Positions 50,712 through 60,184 are shown, counted from the first letter of the stretch. The stretch: DNA of 64,000 nucleotides from an uncultured Muribaculaceae bacterium (GCA_964369845.1 CAYJFJ010000003.1:2563-66562); one strand, 5' to 3'. Program-made: numbers and translations. The notes: generated by a model not told the origin, from the letters alone.

Positions 50712-51194
50712 TTATATTTTCTTAATCATACTAATTAGTCTACTATGATAATTTTTCTTGGTATAAAACTTAATTGCGTTACTATTATATGAAAAAACAT
50801 CTAAGCTTATATATTCACAATTTTCGCTTTTAAAATAGTTTTCCATTAAACTTATTAACTCACTTCCTATACCTTTTGATTCTAGATTGTTAGTTACTAT
50901 TAATTCTGTAATTTCTCCTTTTTTAGGACATTTATAATCTAAATAGTCAAACTTTTCGTATTTATGAATTATTCCCGCAACAAATCCTACACATTTGTTT
51001 TTTTCTACAGCTATAAATATTTTACCTTGATTTTCTTTTATTTCTACAATTGTTTTATTAAACGCTTCATCTTTATATTTATCAGTTAATATATTTAATT
51101 TGTCTTCATCAATACCAACTATGTAATTTTGCAGCTCTAGTATTAAATTTTTTACATCACTTTCATAGTGTTTATCATATTCCATATATTTCAT
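50712..51194 (-). CDS. GNAT N-acetyltransferase
   Basis: Motif A: ELIVTNNLESKGIGSELISLMENYFK. 157-160 aa. Confidence 0.7.
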   Translation of the reverse strand: MKYMEYDKHYESDVKNLILELQNYIVGIDEDKLNILTDKYKDEAFNKTIVEIKENQGKIFIAVEKNKCVGFVAGIIHKYEKFDYLDYKCPKKGEITELIVTNNLESKGIGSELISLMENYFKSENCEYISLDVFSYNSNAIKFYTKKNYHSRLISMIKKI

Positions 51195-51202
51195 AATAGT
51201 CC

Positions 51203-51619
51203 TTAAAAATAAATATTATATTTTACGCTTGATGCTCTTGTCATACCGACACTTTCATAAAGTTTATGCGCTGCAATTGCTGTATCTAAACATGTTAAAC
51301 ACACAGAATTATATCCACTTTCTTTAGCATACTTAAATACTTCTTCAAATAATCTTTTTCCTAGATTTTGGTTTTGATATTCTTTAAGTACACATACATT
51401 AAATATTTCTAATGCTGGCTGGAATGAAAAAGTGAATAAATCTAATTTATATGCAGTTAAACTACCGACTATCTTACTATCTTTTTTCATTACAAAAATA
51501 ATGTAATTACTATTTTGTTGATACTTTTCATAAAATTTTAAATCGTTACTACCACCAAAAGATTCATCTATTAAATATTTATATTGCTTTATATCTTCTT
51601 TCTTTAATATTTCTATCAT
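51203..51619 (-). CDS. GNAT N-acetyltransferase
   Basis: Motif A: VCVLKEYQNQNLGKRLFEEVFKYAKESGY. 138 aa. Confidence 0.7.
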   Translation of the reverse strand: MIEILKKEDIKQYKYLIDESFGGSNDLKFYEKYQQNSNYIIFVMKKDSKIVGSLTAYKLDLFTFSFQPALEIFNVCVLKEYQNQNLGKRLFEEVFKYAKESGYNSVCLTCLDTAIAAHKLYESVGMTRASSVKYNIYF

Positions 51620-51642
51620 TACTTCTCCTATTTTGATTATTT

Positions 51643-52104
51643 TTATTTATTAAAAAACTCAAATTCTGCTCTATTGTATTTACCTGTATGCATTAATTTA
51701 TAAAAATCATTTGTATACTCTTTAATTACTTTATTCCAAAATTTTTCTGCTTGCACTGAATTTGGTACACATTTAACTTCCCAGTTTCCTTTATACATAT
51801 CAAAAAGTTTTATAGCAGCATTTTTACCTATACCTGCTCTTTTGTAATTATTTGGCACAAAAAATTCCTGAACTATGTGTAGATTCTCATATTTATATAA
51901 TATAAATCCTGCAATGTTTTCATTGTGAATTATAAAATAGCCTTTATGGTCATTTTTAGTGTAATAATCACTTAAGTTTTCATAAGCATAATTACAAGTC
52001 TCGCTTATAAAATCCATTTTAAAATCTTTACTTATATCGTGTAAATATAATTGCATTAATTTATTTAACTTGTCTTTATCTTCTATTTTTATTTCTTGAA
52101 GCAT
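51643..52104 (-). CDS. GNAT-like acetyltransferase
   Basis: FFVPNNYKRAGIGKNAAIKLFDMY is motif A-like. 153 aa. Confidence 0.6.
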   Translation of the reverse strand: MLQEIKIEDKDKLNKLMQLYLHDISKDFKMDFISETCNYAYENLSDYYTKNDHKGYFIIHNENIAGFILYKYENLHIVQEFFVPNNYKRAGIGKNAAIKLFDMYKGNWEVKCVPNSVQAEKFWNKVIKEYTNDFYKLMHTGKYNRAEFEFFNK

Positions 52105-52109
52105 ATAAC

Positions 52110-52664
52110 TTACCTTTCTTCCAAATAATTTGCTAGGTCTTTATATGCGTCTGTATTCCACATTAAACACCTTATTTCATCAGAATAATTCCCTAGAGTT
52201 TTATCACTGCCTTCTGGTATAAATATAAAGTCCCATGACCATCCATAAGTACCCGATTTTTCTAAAGAAATTTTTCCTTTAGTAATTGATTTAAAAACTA
52301 TAGGATCTTTTCCATATTCACAGTAAGCAAAAGCCTCTATGAAAGATGCATTTCTATTTGTTTCTTTCTCTAATAATTTTAATATACCATCTTCTTTTAA
52401 ACAATCATCCACATAATGCGTATAAGGACCTGGAAAACCATTTAATGCATCTATGTATAATCCTGTATCATTTTTAAGAACTGAACATTTTAAACGTTCA
52501 CTTGCTTCCTTAGCTGAGTAAGAAGCTACCTCTTCTACAGTGTTAGCTTGTATTTCAGTTGTTTCCATCTTTACATTTTCAACTTCAAAGCCAAGTGGCT
52601 CCAAAACTTTTTTAGCACTTAAAATTTTTGCCCAATTTCCTGTAACGTATATTATTTTTTTCAT
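52110..52664 (-). CDS. Non-canonical purine NTP pyrophosphatase (Ham1/ITPase family)
   Basis: YVTGNWAKI, EIQANTVEEVA, NDTGLYIDALNGFPGPYTHY and GWSWDFIFIPEG match the Ham1-family blocks. Confidence 0.7.
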   Translation of the reverse strand: MKKIIYVTGNWAKILSAKKVLEPLGFEVENVKMETTEIQANTVEEVASYSAKEASERLKCSVLKNDTGLYIDALNGFPGPYTHYVDDCLKEDGILKLLEKETNRNASFIEAFAYCEYGKDPIVFKSITKGKISLEKSGTYGWSWDFIFIPEGSDKTLGNYSDEIRCLMWNTDAYKDLANYLEER

Positions 52665-52666
52665 AA

Positions 52667-53151
52667 TTACTCCATTTCATATTCGTAGACACTTCCATTT
52701 TCTGGTCTAAAGATTAGAAAATCAGTAGTTTTATCATAACCCACTATATTGTAATGTAATGCTTTTATAAAACTTCCGTGTGATACTATAAGAATTTTTT
52801 TGTTTTTATAAGTTTCTTTTACTTGTTTTAAAAATAAAGAAGCTCTTTTTAGACAATCTTGAATACTTTCTATATCTTCAGAATCATCATTTAACAAATA
52901 ATTCCAGTGTTTAAATATAATATCCATAGATACTTTTTGACCTTCTTATTTTCCAAAACCTCTTTCTTTTTATAAGTTTTCATAAATGATTTCGATTTTA
53001 TCATTTACTATTAGTTTTGCTGTTTTTTTAGTTCTTTTCATTGGTGAGCAAATGTATATATCTATTTCTTCTAGATTTAATTTTTTCCTTGCATCAATCC
53101 TTTTTCATTCCAGTTTGTCTTTCCATGTCTAACAATATATAGTTTATTCAT
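52667..53151 (-). pseudogene. Histidine phosphatase (phosphoglycerate mutase-like) gene, decayed
   Basis: Own translation from ATG 53149..53151: MNKLYIVRHGKTNWNEKGLMQGKN*, carrying the RHGxTxWN catalytic motif. After a frame change in an A-run it continues LNLEEIDIYICSPMKRTKKTAKLIVNDKIEIIYENL*KERGFGK*EGQKVSMDIIFKHW..., which joins ORF 52667..52927 (ILIVSHGSFIKAL). That is at least one frameshift and two in-frame stops. Confidence 0.65.
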
Positions 53152-53166
53152 TATTTTTCCTCATAC

Positions 53167-53655
53167 CTAACTAATAACTTTATTAACTGTTTGCTCAATT
53201 GTTAATTTGCTTGAATCTATAATATATTCTTCACTGTATTTTGCATCTATGAACTCTTTTAAAAGTACAAGTGATCTTTTTCCCATTTGGCAATCCACTG
53301 GCCTTTTTTTATCTCTTCTTATTATAGTATCTTCATCTACTATAAGAACTCTAAAAATGATTTCATAATTATTAAATTTACTTTTTATTTCTTCAAATTC
53401 TTCTGGTTTAATTATATAATTAAATACTACATCGTACCCATTTTCCAAATATGAGTTAATTAATAAAAAAGAATTTTTCCAAAATAAATCTAGCGGCGCA
53501 TCATCAAGCCATGGACTAACTCTTCCTCCTACGAAAAAATTATAAACTGTATCTCCTTCAATCATAACTGATTTTTCTAAAGTTTCAGCTATTTTTTCAC
53601 TGATGGTACTTTTACCAACTCCCGCTGGGCCTGTAATTATATATAATTTATTCAT
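53167..53655 (-). CDS. P-loop kinase / AAA-type ATP-binding protein
   Basis: MNKLYIITGPAGVGKSTISEKIA Walker A, 162 aa. Small-molecule or nucleotide kinase-like size. Confidence 0.5.
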   Translation of the reverse strand: MNKLYIITGPAGVGKSTISEKIAETLEKSVMIEGDTVYNFFVGGRVSPWLDDAPLDLFWKNSFLLINSYLENGYDVVFNYIIKPEEFEEIKSKFNNYEIIFRVLIVDEDTIIRRDKKRPVDCQMGKRSLVLLKEFIDAKYSEEYIIDSSKLTIEQTVNKVIS

Positions 53656-53676
53656 TATTACCTCCTAATTTTATTT

Positions 53677-54159
53677 TTAATCTCTATGAATTTTTTGAAC
53701 TAATATATCACTTTTTATGACTTCTAAAATGAATTTAGGTTCTACACTATACTTATTTAAATCACTTAGATTAATCCATTCAAAATATTGTTCATCACCA
53801 TATTTAAGTTCTTTACTGTTTATGATATTTTTCGAATAATCAATTTCGGAAATTATTTGAAGTTTGCTTATAAAAAGTAATTCATGTCTATTTTTCTTAT
53901 CAAAATCTGAAAAAAAGAAATTTTCTATAATACCTTTAGTTTCTAAATGTATTGTATTTAGACCTAGTTCTTCTTTAATTTCTCTTACTATTGCTTCTTC
54001 TGAAGTTTCATTCAAAGAACATTTTCCTCCAGGAAGTGTTATAAAATCAAAATGCTTATTTCTTTGCATCAATATTTTATTTTCATTAATAATTATTGCT
54101 GCAGTCCTATATGTGAAATTTACATTATCTGTTTTTATTTTAATATCCATTTTTCTCAC
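53677..54159 (-). CDS. NUDIX hydrolase
   Basis: NUDIX box LPGGKCSLNETSEEAIVREIKEELGL. Confidence 0.75.
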   Translation of the reverse strand: MRKMDIKIKTDNVNFTYRTAAIIINENKILMQRNKHFDFITLPGGKCSLNETSEEAIVREIKEELGLNTIHLETKGIIENFFFSDFDKKNRHELLFISKLQIISEIDYSKNIINSKELKYGDEQYFEWINLSDLNKYSVEPKFILEVIKSDILVQKIHRD

Positions 54160-54682
54160 TCCTTATATAATATTCTAATATATACTTATCTCTAGCAACT
54201 ATAAATTTACTATGGTATAAATTTTCGTATTTGCTTTCTTTTAAGTTTTTTATACAGTTGCTTATTTTTTTCAAACCTTCTTCTGGTGATAGCCACAAAT
54301 AACTACCACCTTCATCTTTTTCCTTTTGTGTTAAACTTAATTGACCTGTATCTTTTATTACTTTCGACAAAAATACATATGACTTTTGAATGAAATTATC
54401 CTGACTTTTTTGTTCTTCTATTATTCCCAGTTTTTTTGTTATTTCAACTACTAATCCAGTTTCTTCTAACACTTCTCTAATAAATGCCTCTTCTGGCGTT
54501 TCTTTAAAATCAATTCCACCACCAGGCAATTTATATTCGTTTTTGTTCTTTTTGTGAAAAATTGCTATTTGATTCAAATTATTTAATATTATTCCTCTAG
54601 CTGCTATTCTAATTTTCGGTTCTTTAAATATTTTTGTTTCTAAATTAAAATAGCTATCATCTATTACTTTATTCAAACTCAT
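54140..54682 (-). CDS. NUDIX hydrolase
   Basis: NUDIX box LPGGGIDFKETPEEAFIREVLEETGL. Confidence 0.75.
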   Translation of the reverse strand: MSLNKVIDDSYFNLETKIFKEPKIRIAARGIILNNLNQIAIFHKKNKNEYKLPGGGIDFKETPEEAFIREVLEETGLVVEITKKLGIIEEQKSQDNFIQKSYVFLSKVIKDTGQLSLTQKEKDEGGSYLWLSPEEGLKKISNCIKNLKESKYENLYHSKFIVARDKYILEYYIRSEKNGY

Positions 54683-54728
54683 ATTTTCTCCATTTATTAC
54701 ATTTTATCACATAATTTATATAAAAAGA

Positions 54729-54750
54729 AAAAATCTTCAATCGAAGATTT
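54729..54750 (-). terminator. Intrinsic terminator immediately after spoIVA
   Basis: AAAATCTTC (54729..54737) / GAAGATTTT (54742..54750), a 9-bp stem with a 4-nt loop. On the minus RNA it is followed by UUUUCUUUUU. The spoIVA stop is at 54752. Confidence 0.6.
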
Positions 54751-54751
54751 T

Positions 54752-55867
54752 CTATAAAACAAATGCTATTAATGTGTTTGATCCTTTATTTACTATTTTT
54801 GTCATCGTATCTCCTAATTTATATCTTGTATTGTCTGGCATCATACTAAGTTTTGCTTTTATACCTTCACCTACAACTGTTTCAAGGGATCTTCCAAATA
54901 TTTCGCTTTTCCAAATATTACTTGGGTCTGATTCGTAATCTTTCATTAAATGATCAATTAATTCTTTTGATTGAAGTTCTGTTCCTATGATAGGTTCAAA
55001 TGTTGATTCAACATCTACTCTTACCAGATGTATAGAAGATGCTACTGCTTTTAATTTTACACCATATCTAGAACCTTGTTTGATAATTTCTGGTGGAGTT
55101 AATTTCATGTCCATCGTTCCAGGATACATTATGCCATAACCTGTTGATTTTGCCATTTTGAGAGCATCTTTAACTCTTTCAAATTCATCTTTTCCATCTT
55201 TATATGATGAAAACATTTTTATTAAACTTGCTTTATTCATTACTGCTTCACCTAATAAATCTTTAAGTGTTTCGTTATATAATTCTTCTGAGCTTTCTAA
55301 GTTTATTGTTACTACTCCAGTAGCAGCATCTAAAGATGATATATAAGTATTATTTATATAACTACTTTCTTTAAAATAATTTATAACATCGTCTATATCT
55401 TTTACTTTTTCTACATTAGTAATGCTACCTTTCATCATTTCTAAATAATGTTTTTTTATTTCACTTTCTTTTGATAATGCATGTATCCATTCTGGAATAC
55501 TCATTTTAATATCTAATACTGGAAATTCATAAAGCGCAGCTTTTAAAATTTCCATAATATCTTTTTCATTCATTTTATCTACTGCAACTGGCATTACAGG
55601 TACATTATATCTTTCAGACATATCTTGTGATAAATTAATAGCACTTTCACTTGTAGGATTATTTGTATTTAATATTACAATAAATGGTTTTCCTATATCT
55701 TCAAGCTCACCAATAACTTTTTCTTCTGCATCAATATATGCTTCTCTTTTAATATCGCCAAAAGATCCATCTGTTGTAACTACTATACCTATTGTAGCAT
55801 GGTCCTTAATAACTTTTTCTGTACCCATTTCAGCTGCCTCAACAAATGTTATAGGCTCATCATACCA
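54752..55867 (-). CDS. spoIVA: Stage IV sporulation protein A, 3' segment of a split gene (codons ~123-492)
   Basis: ORF 54752..55828 (MGTEKVIKDHATIGIVVTTDGSFGDI ... KIVNKGSNTLIAFVL) is colinear with the SpoIVA middle and C-terminal domains. The same frame stays open upstream to 55891 (GYHDFITYW YDEPITFVEAAE), and YDEPITFVEAAEMGTEKVIKDH aligns with B. subtilis YEEPIPFHEAAEIGTRKVIQEH. Confidence 0.92.
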   Translation of the reverse strand, partial: WYDEPITFVEAAEMGTEKVIKDHATIGIVVTTDGSFGDIKREAYIDAEEKVIGELEDIGKPFIVILNTNNPTSESAINLSQDMSERYNVPVMPVAVDKMNEKDIMEILKAALYEFPVLDIKMSIPEWIHALSKESEIKKHYLEMMKGSITNVEKVKDIDDVINYFKESSYINNTYISSLDAATGVVTINLESSEELYNETLKDLLGEAVMNKASLIKMFSSYKDGKDEFERVKDALKMAKSTGYGIMYPGTMDMKLTPPEIIKQGSRYGVKLKAVASSIHLVRVDVESTFEPIIGTELQSKELIDHLMKDYESDPSNIWKSEIFGRSLETVVGEGIKAKLSMMPDNTRYKLGDTMTKIVNKGSNTLIAFVL

Positions 55868-55890
55868 GTAGGTTATGAAATCGTGATACC
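55863..55890. repeat. Element end / recombination site (spoIVA-3'-proximal junction)
   Basis: Plus strand TACCA|GTAGGTTATGAAATCGTGATACC. TACCA is repeated at 61137..61141. GTAGGTT-N8-GTGATACC is the inverted copy of 61117..61139. The recombinase stop codon starts 2 nt beyond it (55892). Confidence 0.75.
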
Positions 55891-55891
55891 C

Positions 55892-57487
55892 CTAGGCAAG
55901 AAAATTATCACAAGTCTTGACTCTGAATATTATCTCCACTTGTTTATCTTTTGTTATATATATTTTTTCAATTATTTTGTTTATCATCTCTTTTGTTGGA
56001 TTTTCCATATTTAAAAAACTTTTTACTATCATTTTATAATTTTCTAACTCTGAATTATTTTCTAAAACTGTATACTTCTCTTTCTCATAATCTATTAAAG
56101 ATATTTTAAGGTCAGCTATTTCTTTTTCTGTAGCCATATTCATTCTTTGAAATCTTTCAGCAGTTATTAAACCTTCAACTTTATCATCATATAAATTGTC
56201 AATTTTTATCTCTAATTTTTCGATTTTCTTTTTTGCTTCACTTATTAACTTATTAAGAGGTCCTAAAGGATCTTTTTTATTTGTTTCAAGATAATCAATA
56301 AATTCTTTAGAATCTAAATTTGCACATAGTTCTCTAACCTTATTATATATAGTCTTTTCTAACTTTTCATAACTAACATGATGAGAAAAGCAAATATTGT
56401 GTGCACTATACTTTCTATAAGTATTACAGTTCATACTTGTTCTATCTCTTTTCTTACAGTAACTAATACCCATTCTAGCATCGCAATCTTTACAAAATAC
56501 TAAATTACCTAAAATGTATTCAACATTTCTTCTTGTTTCGCTATAAACATTAGATTTATTGCGAAGTCTAACTGCCCTTTTAAATGTTTCTTCATCTATT
56601 ATAGGTTCCATCGCATTTTCTATAACAATCCATTCTTCTTTAGGTTTAGTTATTCTTTTTTTTGATTTATAGTTTAAATTCATACCTTTATTTTGAACTA
56701 ATTTGCCCGTGTACATTTCATTTTTTAAAATATTACATAATGATGTATGCTTCCATATATGTGGATACTCTAATTTTTCTGCTCTTGAATTCGTTTTTTG
56801 ATGCATTATGGGAGTTGGTATTTTTTCTTTTGTTAGTAAATTAGCTATAACTTTTGTTCCATAACCTGAAACATAGAGTTCAAATATTCTTTTAACAACT
56901 GGAGCAGCGACTGGATCTATTATTAATTTGTGCTTATCTTCTGGATCTTTCATATAACCATATGGACAAGTTCCTCCAATAAATTTTCCTGCTTGCCTCA
57001 TCGCCATAATAGCTGATTTCACTTTTTTTGATATATCTTTTGCATACATATCATTCATACCTAATCTAAACGGCATCATATCAGCACCATCACATTTATC
57101 ATTGAATGTATCTATATTATCGTTAACAGCTATATATCTAACTTTCTTATCTGGAAAGTATTTTTCAATATAATAACCTGTCTCAATGTAATCTCTACCT
57201 AACCTTGATAAATCTTTAGTTACTATCATATTTATTTTACCAAGTTCAATATCTCTAATTAACCTTTTAAATCCAGGTCTATTAAAATTAAGTCCAGAAA
57301 ATCCATCATCTATATAAGTATCAACTATTTCAAAATTTTCTCCTAAACTATTAATGAAGTTTGTTAAAAGTAATCTTTGGTTAGATACACTTTCTGATTC
57401 TATATCATCTCCATCTTCTCTTGATAGTCTTATGGATAATCCGACTTTGTAAGTCTTATTATCAATTATATATTTGCTTGTAAACAC
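55892..57487 (-). CDS. Large serine recombinase (SpoIVCA/SprA-like)
   Basis: 531 aa, GTG start behind an AAGGAGG RBS. Resolvase catalytic domain (VGLSIRLSREDG, YIDDGFSG, VTKDLSRLGRD), recombinase domain, Cys-rich zinc-ribbon region (CKDCDARM...CNTYRKY) and a C-terminal coiled coil. Confidence 0.93.
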   Translation of the reverse strand: MFTSKYIIDNKTYKVGLSIRLSREDGDDIESESVSNQRLLLTNFINSLGENFEIVDTYIDDGFSGLNFNRPGFKRLIRDIELGKINMIVTKDLSRLGRDYIETGYYIEKYFPDKKVRYIAVNDNIDTFNDKCDGADMMPFRLGMNDMYAKDISKKVKSAIMAMRQAGKFIGGTCPYGYMKDPEDKHKLIIDPVAAPVVKRIFELYVSGYGTKVIANLLTKEKIPTPIMHQKTNSRAEKLEYPHIWKHTSLCNILKNEMYTGKLVQNKGMNLNYKSKKRITKPKEEWIVIENAMEPIIDEETFKRAVRLRNKSNVYSETRRNVEYILGNLVFCKDCDARMGISYCKKRDRTSMNCNTYRKYSAHNICFSHHVSYEKLEKTIYNKVRELCANLDSKEFIDYLETNKKDPLGPLNKLISEAKKKIEKLEIKIDNLYDDKVEGLITAERFQRMNMATEKEIADLKISLIDYEKEKYTVLENNSELENYKMIVKSFLNMENPTKEMINKIIEKIYITKDKQVEIIFRVKTCDNFLA

Positions 57488-57515
57488 TTATCCTCCTTTT
57501 AAAAATTTTAGTTTA

Positions 57516-57623
57516 TTAACTTTTATATATAAATCTTTTTTCATAGTAAGAAAAAATACAAGGTTTTAAAACATCTTTCAATTTACTACCGTTTTCATTA
57601 AAAAAGCAAATTGTTTCATACAT
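57516..57623 (-). CDS. 35-codon ORF directly upstream of the recombinase (speculative accessory/directionality factor)
   Basis: Own translation MYETICFFNENGSKLKDVLKPCIFSYYEKRFIYKS. A strong AAAGGAGA RBS lies 6 nt upstream, and the ORF ends 28 nt before the recombinase GTG. There is no homology evidence and it may not be expressed. Confidence 0.3.
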   Translation of the reverse strand: MYETICFFNENGSKLKDVLKPCIFSYYEKRFIYKS

Positions 57624-57921
57624 ATTTTTATCTCCTTTTAATTATTTAATTTTATTAACACAAAAAAAATATATTCCAACTCTGAATATATTTTTAATAT
57701 ACATATTTTTAATTATCTAACATTTAAAACAAATTCTGTTAATGAGTTTTTTATGTAACATTTTTCAGATGGTATATTTAAATATCTAATTAGACCACAT
57801 AATGTGATAGTTATCTATTAGAAATTACCTTTTTTTTTACTAAATTTTGAATATCATATTTATCTCTGGTGTTACTTAAAAATATTAAATTCTAAATGTT
57901 CTTCATTTAATTATTTTCTTG

Positions 57922-58983
57922 TTATTCACTTTTAAATAATTTGATAGGAGATATTTTAAGTATTTTTTTATATCCGATATAACTAATTAGTAATAATATT
58001 GTTACTAAAGTTATATATGAAATAATCAACGAACTAATTAAATTTATCAAAGAAAAATAAATTTGTATGTCCTCAAATATAATAAATATCATACAGTATA
58101 TACACATCACTAAAACATTAATTATTAAATACAACTTTGTAATTTTTTTTAGTAAAGCTTCTATAACTAATTTTATAATAGCTATATTTCGAAATCCGCT
58201 AGTTTTTAATATTGCTATATCGTATTTATACTCATTAATCATAAAACTAATAATAAATCCTATAATAAATATCAAAAATGTAGACACTACTAAAATACCT
58301 AATTTCACATAATTTATGATATTAGTAAACAGTTCTATATCTGTAATTCCAGAGCTATCATTCATATACATACTAAGTCCTTCTTTTTCCAATAATGAGT
58401 TGAATTTTTCTATATTATCATAATCATCTATTATTACTTTAAATTCATTAGCATTTTTTAACGCGTACATTTGCATAATATTTTCAGAAACTATTATTTT
58501 GTTAAAACCTACTTTTTCATCGTTATATTCTGATATTATTTCTAATTTTAGAATTTGATTTCCAACTTCAAGATTTATATAATCTCCAACATCTTTATTT
58601 AGTGATTTTGGAACTATTGCTTCGATATTGGATATTTTATTAAACTCACTATAGTAATTAACTTCGTATACTTTGCTGTTTTCTTTAAATAATAAATCTT
58701 CATATGAATCATATATGCCATTTATATATTTTGAAGTTTCGAAATGATTTTTGTAGCTTTCTATTATTAATTCATTTTCACTGTATTCTTCAAAATGCAC
58801 ATTTAAAACTCTATTTTGTATTTTATTTTTTATTGAAATATTATAGTAATTATTTAAATAAGTTAAACTAGATAATAATATTACGAAAGATAATATAAAA
58901 ATTGCAAATACACCCGATTTTTCATTGTATTTCTTTGACTGAAAATAAAACGTCCTATTCATCTTTTTTAACCAACCCTTCAA
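57922..58983 (-). CDS. FtsX/MacB-type ABC transporter permease (4 TM with extracytoplasmic domain)
   Basis: 353 aa. TM1 (VFAIFILSFVILLSSLTYL), an extracytoplasmic domain of about 170 aa, then three C-terminal TMs. Overlaps the upstream permease gene by 29 nt. Confidence 0.7.
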   Translation of the reverse strand: MKGWLKKMNRTFYFQSKKYNEKSGVFAIFILSFVILLSSLTYLNNYYNISIKNKIQNRVLNVHFEEYSENELIIESYKNHFETSKYINGIYDSYEDLLFKENSKVYEVNYYSEFNKISNIEAIVPKSLNKDVGDYINLEVGNQILKLEIISEYNDEKVGFNKIIVSENIMQMYALKNANEFKVIIDDYDNIEKFNSLLEKEGLSMYMNDSSGITDIELFTNIINYVKLGILVVSTFLIFIIGFIISFMINEYKYDIAILKTSGFRNIAIIKLVIEALLKKITKLYLIINVLVMCIYCMIFIIFEDIQIYFSLINLISSLIISYITLVTILLLISYIGYKKILKISPIKLFKSE

Positions 58984-60184
58984 TTATAGTTGAATTTGTT
59001 AATTTTCCATTAACTTTTTTAGTTGTTAAATTAAGCGAAACAAAAATCAATAATATTGAAAATATAATAGACTCTATCGAAATTACTATAGGAATTTTTA
59101 AAAATAAATATGGTCTATAGAAAATAAGTATGTTATAAATCACATAAATAGTGATGATAATTATTAATAGAATCATAGTAATAATTAAAGCTAAAAAATT
59201 ATTTTCAAATATATTCAGTTTTACCAAATCTCTTTTTCTAAAACCGACAGTTCTCAAAATATTGAATTTACTTAATGAATTATTTATGTCTTTCATATAT
59301 ATATTGTTAATTATAATTAGTGAGAATATTAAAGATACTGCTAAAATAATATATATTATAATATTTACTATACTAATAATCTTTGAATTTACATAAGTTA
59401 CTCTTGATGCTGTTAACTCTAAATCAATAATTTGCTCTATCACCGTTTCTACATTATCTGTATTATCAACTTGTACTATTATTGAAGATAACTGATTTTC
59501 AATATCTATATACTTAAAACTTTCTTCATTTATTGTTTGTACTAATAAATTATTTACATAACATTTATTTTCATCTGAGTAATAGGAATTATTATCAAAA
59601 GTTCCGACAATCGTTAATTTTTTAGATATTGTATTCACTTCAAATAAGTTTTCATCTACATACTGGTTATAAGAAATATCTATGTTAGTTCCTATAAATT
59701 TTGTCATATCTATAAAATCATTATTAGTTAAGTTGGTTATTTCTTCTAAATTATCCTCAGGATAAAATCTACTTGGACATATGACTTCATTATCATTTTC
59801 TATATTTTTTCCTTGAGACACTTTAGGTCTTGTTTTTTCATTGGATCCTAATAACCAAAAATCTCCTTTAAAATGTTCGTGGTTTATGTTTGCTGTAATA
59901 TAAAACTCATTATCCAAAATAACATTGTCTACATGTTTTAGTTCTTCTAAATTTTTTATAGTTTCTTCTTCCGACATAATTTTTTCGTTTACATCTACAT
60001 AAATGCTTCTATACCAAATATCTTCTTTTATTCCTTTATTTATGTATGTATCCATGGTACTTTTAAACGAAAATGAAGATATTAAAAGTAAAGATATACA
60101 AATTAATATTATTATTATTTTCTTCTTTTCTTTACCTTTGTAACTATTTTTGCAACCATAATCTTTAAATATACTATTATTCAT
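58955..60184 (-). CDS. FtsX/MacB-type ABC transporter permease (4 TM with large extracytoplasmic domain)
   Basis: 409 aa. TM1 (IIIILICISLLLISSFSF), an extracytoplasmic domain of about 230 aa, then three C-terminal TMs with the FtsX-like TVGFRKRDL loop. Overlaps the ATPase gene by 8 nt. Confidence 0.72.
   Translation of the reverse strand: MNNSIFKDYGCKNSYKGKEKKKIIIILICISLLLISSFSFKSTMDTYINKGIKEDIWYRSIYVDVNEKIMSEEETIKNLEELKHVDNVILDNEFYITANINHEHFKGDFWLLGSNEKTRPKVSQGKNIENDNEVICPSRFYPEDNLEEITNLTNNDFIDMTKFIGTNIDISYNQYVDENLFEVNTISKKLTIVGTFDNNSYYSDENKCYVNNLLVQTINEESFKYIDIENQLSSIIVQVDNTDNVETVIEQIIDLELTASRVTYVNSKIISIVNIIIYIILAVSLIFSLIIINNIYMKDINNSLSKFNILRTVGFRKRDLVKLNIFENNFLALIITMILLIIIITIYVIYNILIFYRPYLFLKIPIVISIESIIFSILLIFVSLNLTTKKVNGKLTNSTIIEGLVKKDE

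Noticed and set aside
55892-55894. The recombinase TAG stop is in the same frame as the downstream spoIVA 3' segment, so stop read-through could yield a recombinase-SpoIVA fusion.
   Set aside because: There is no read-through context or supporting signal. The in-frame relationship has a one-in-three chance, and the intervening peptide (GYHDFITYW) is just the att half-site.
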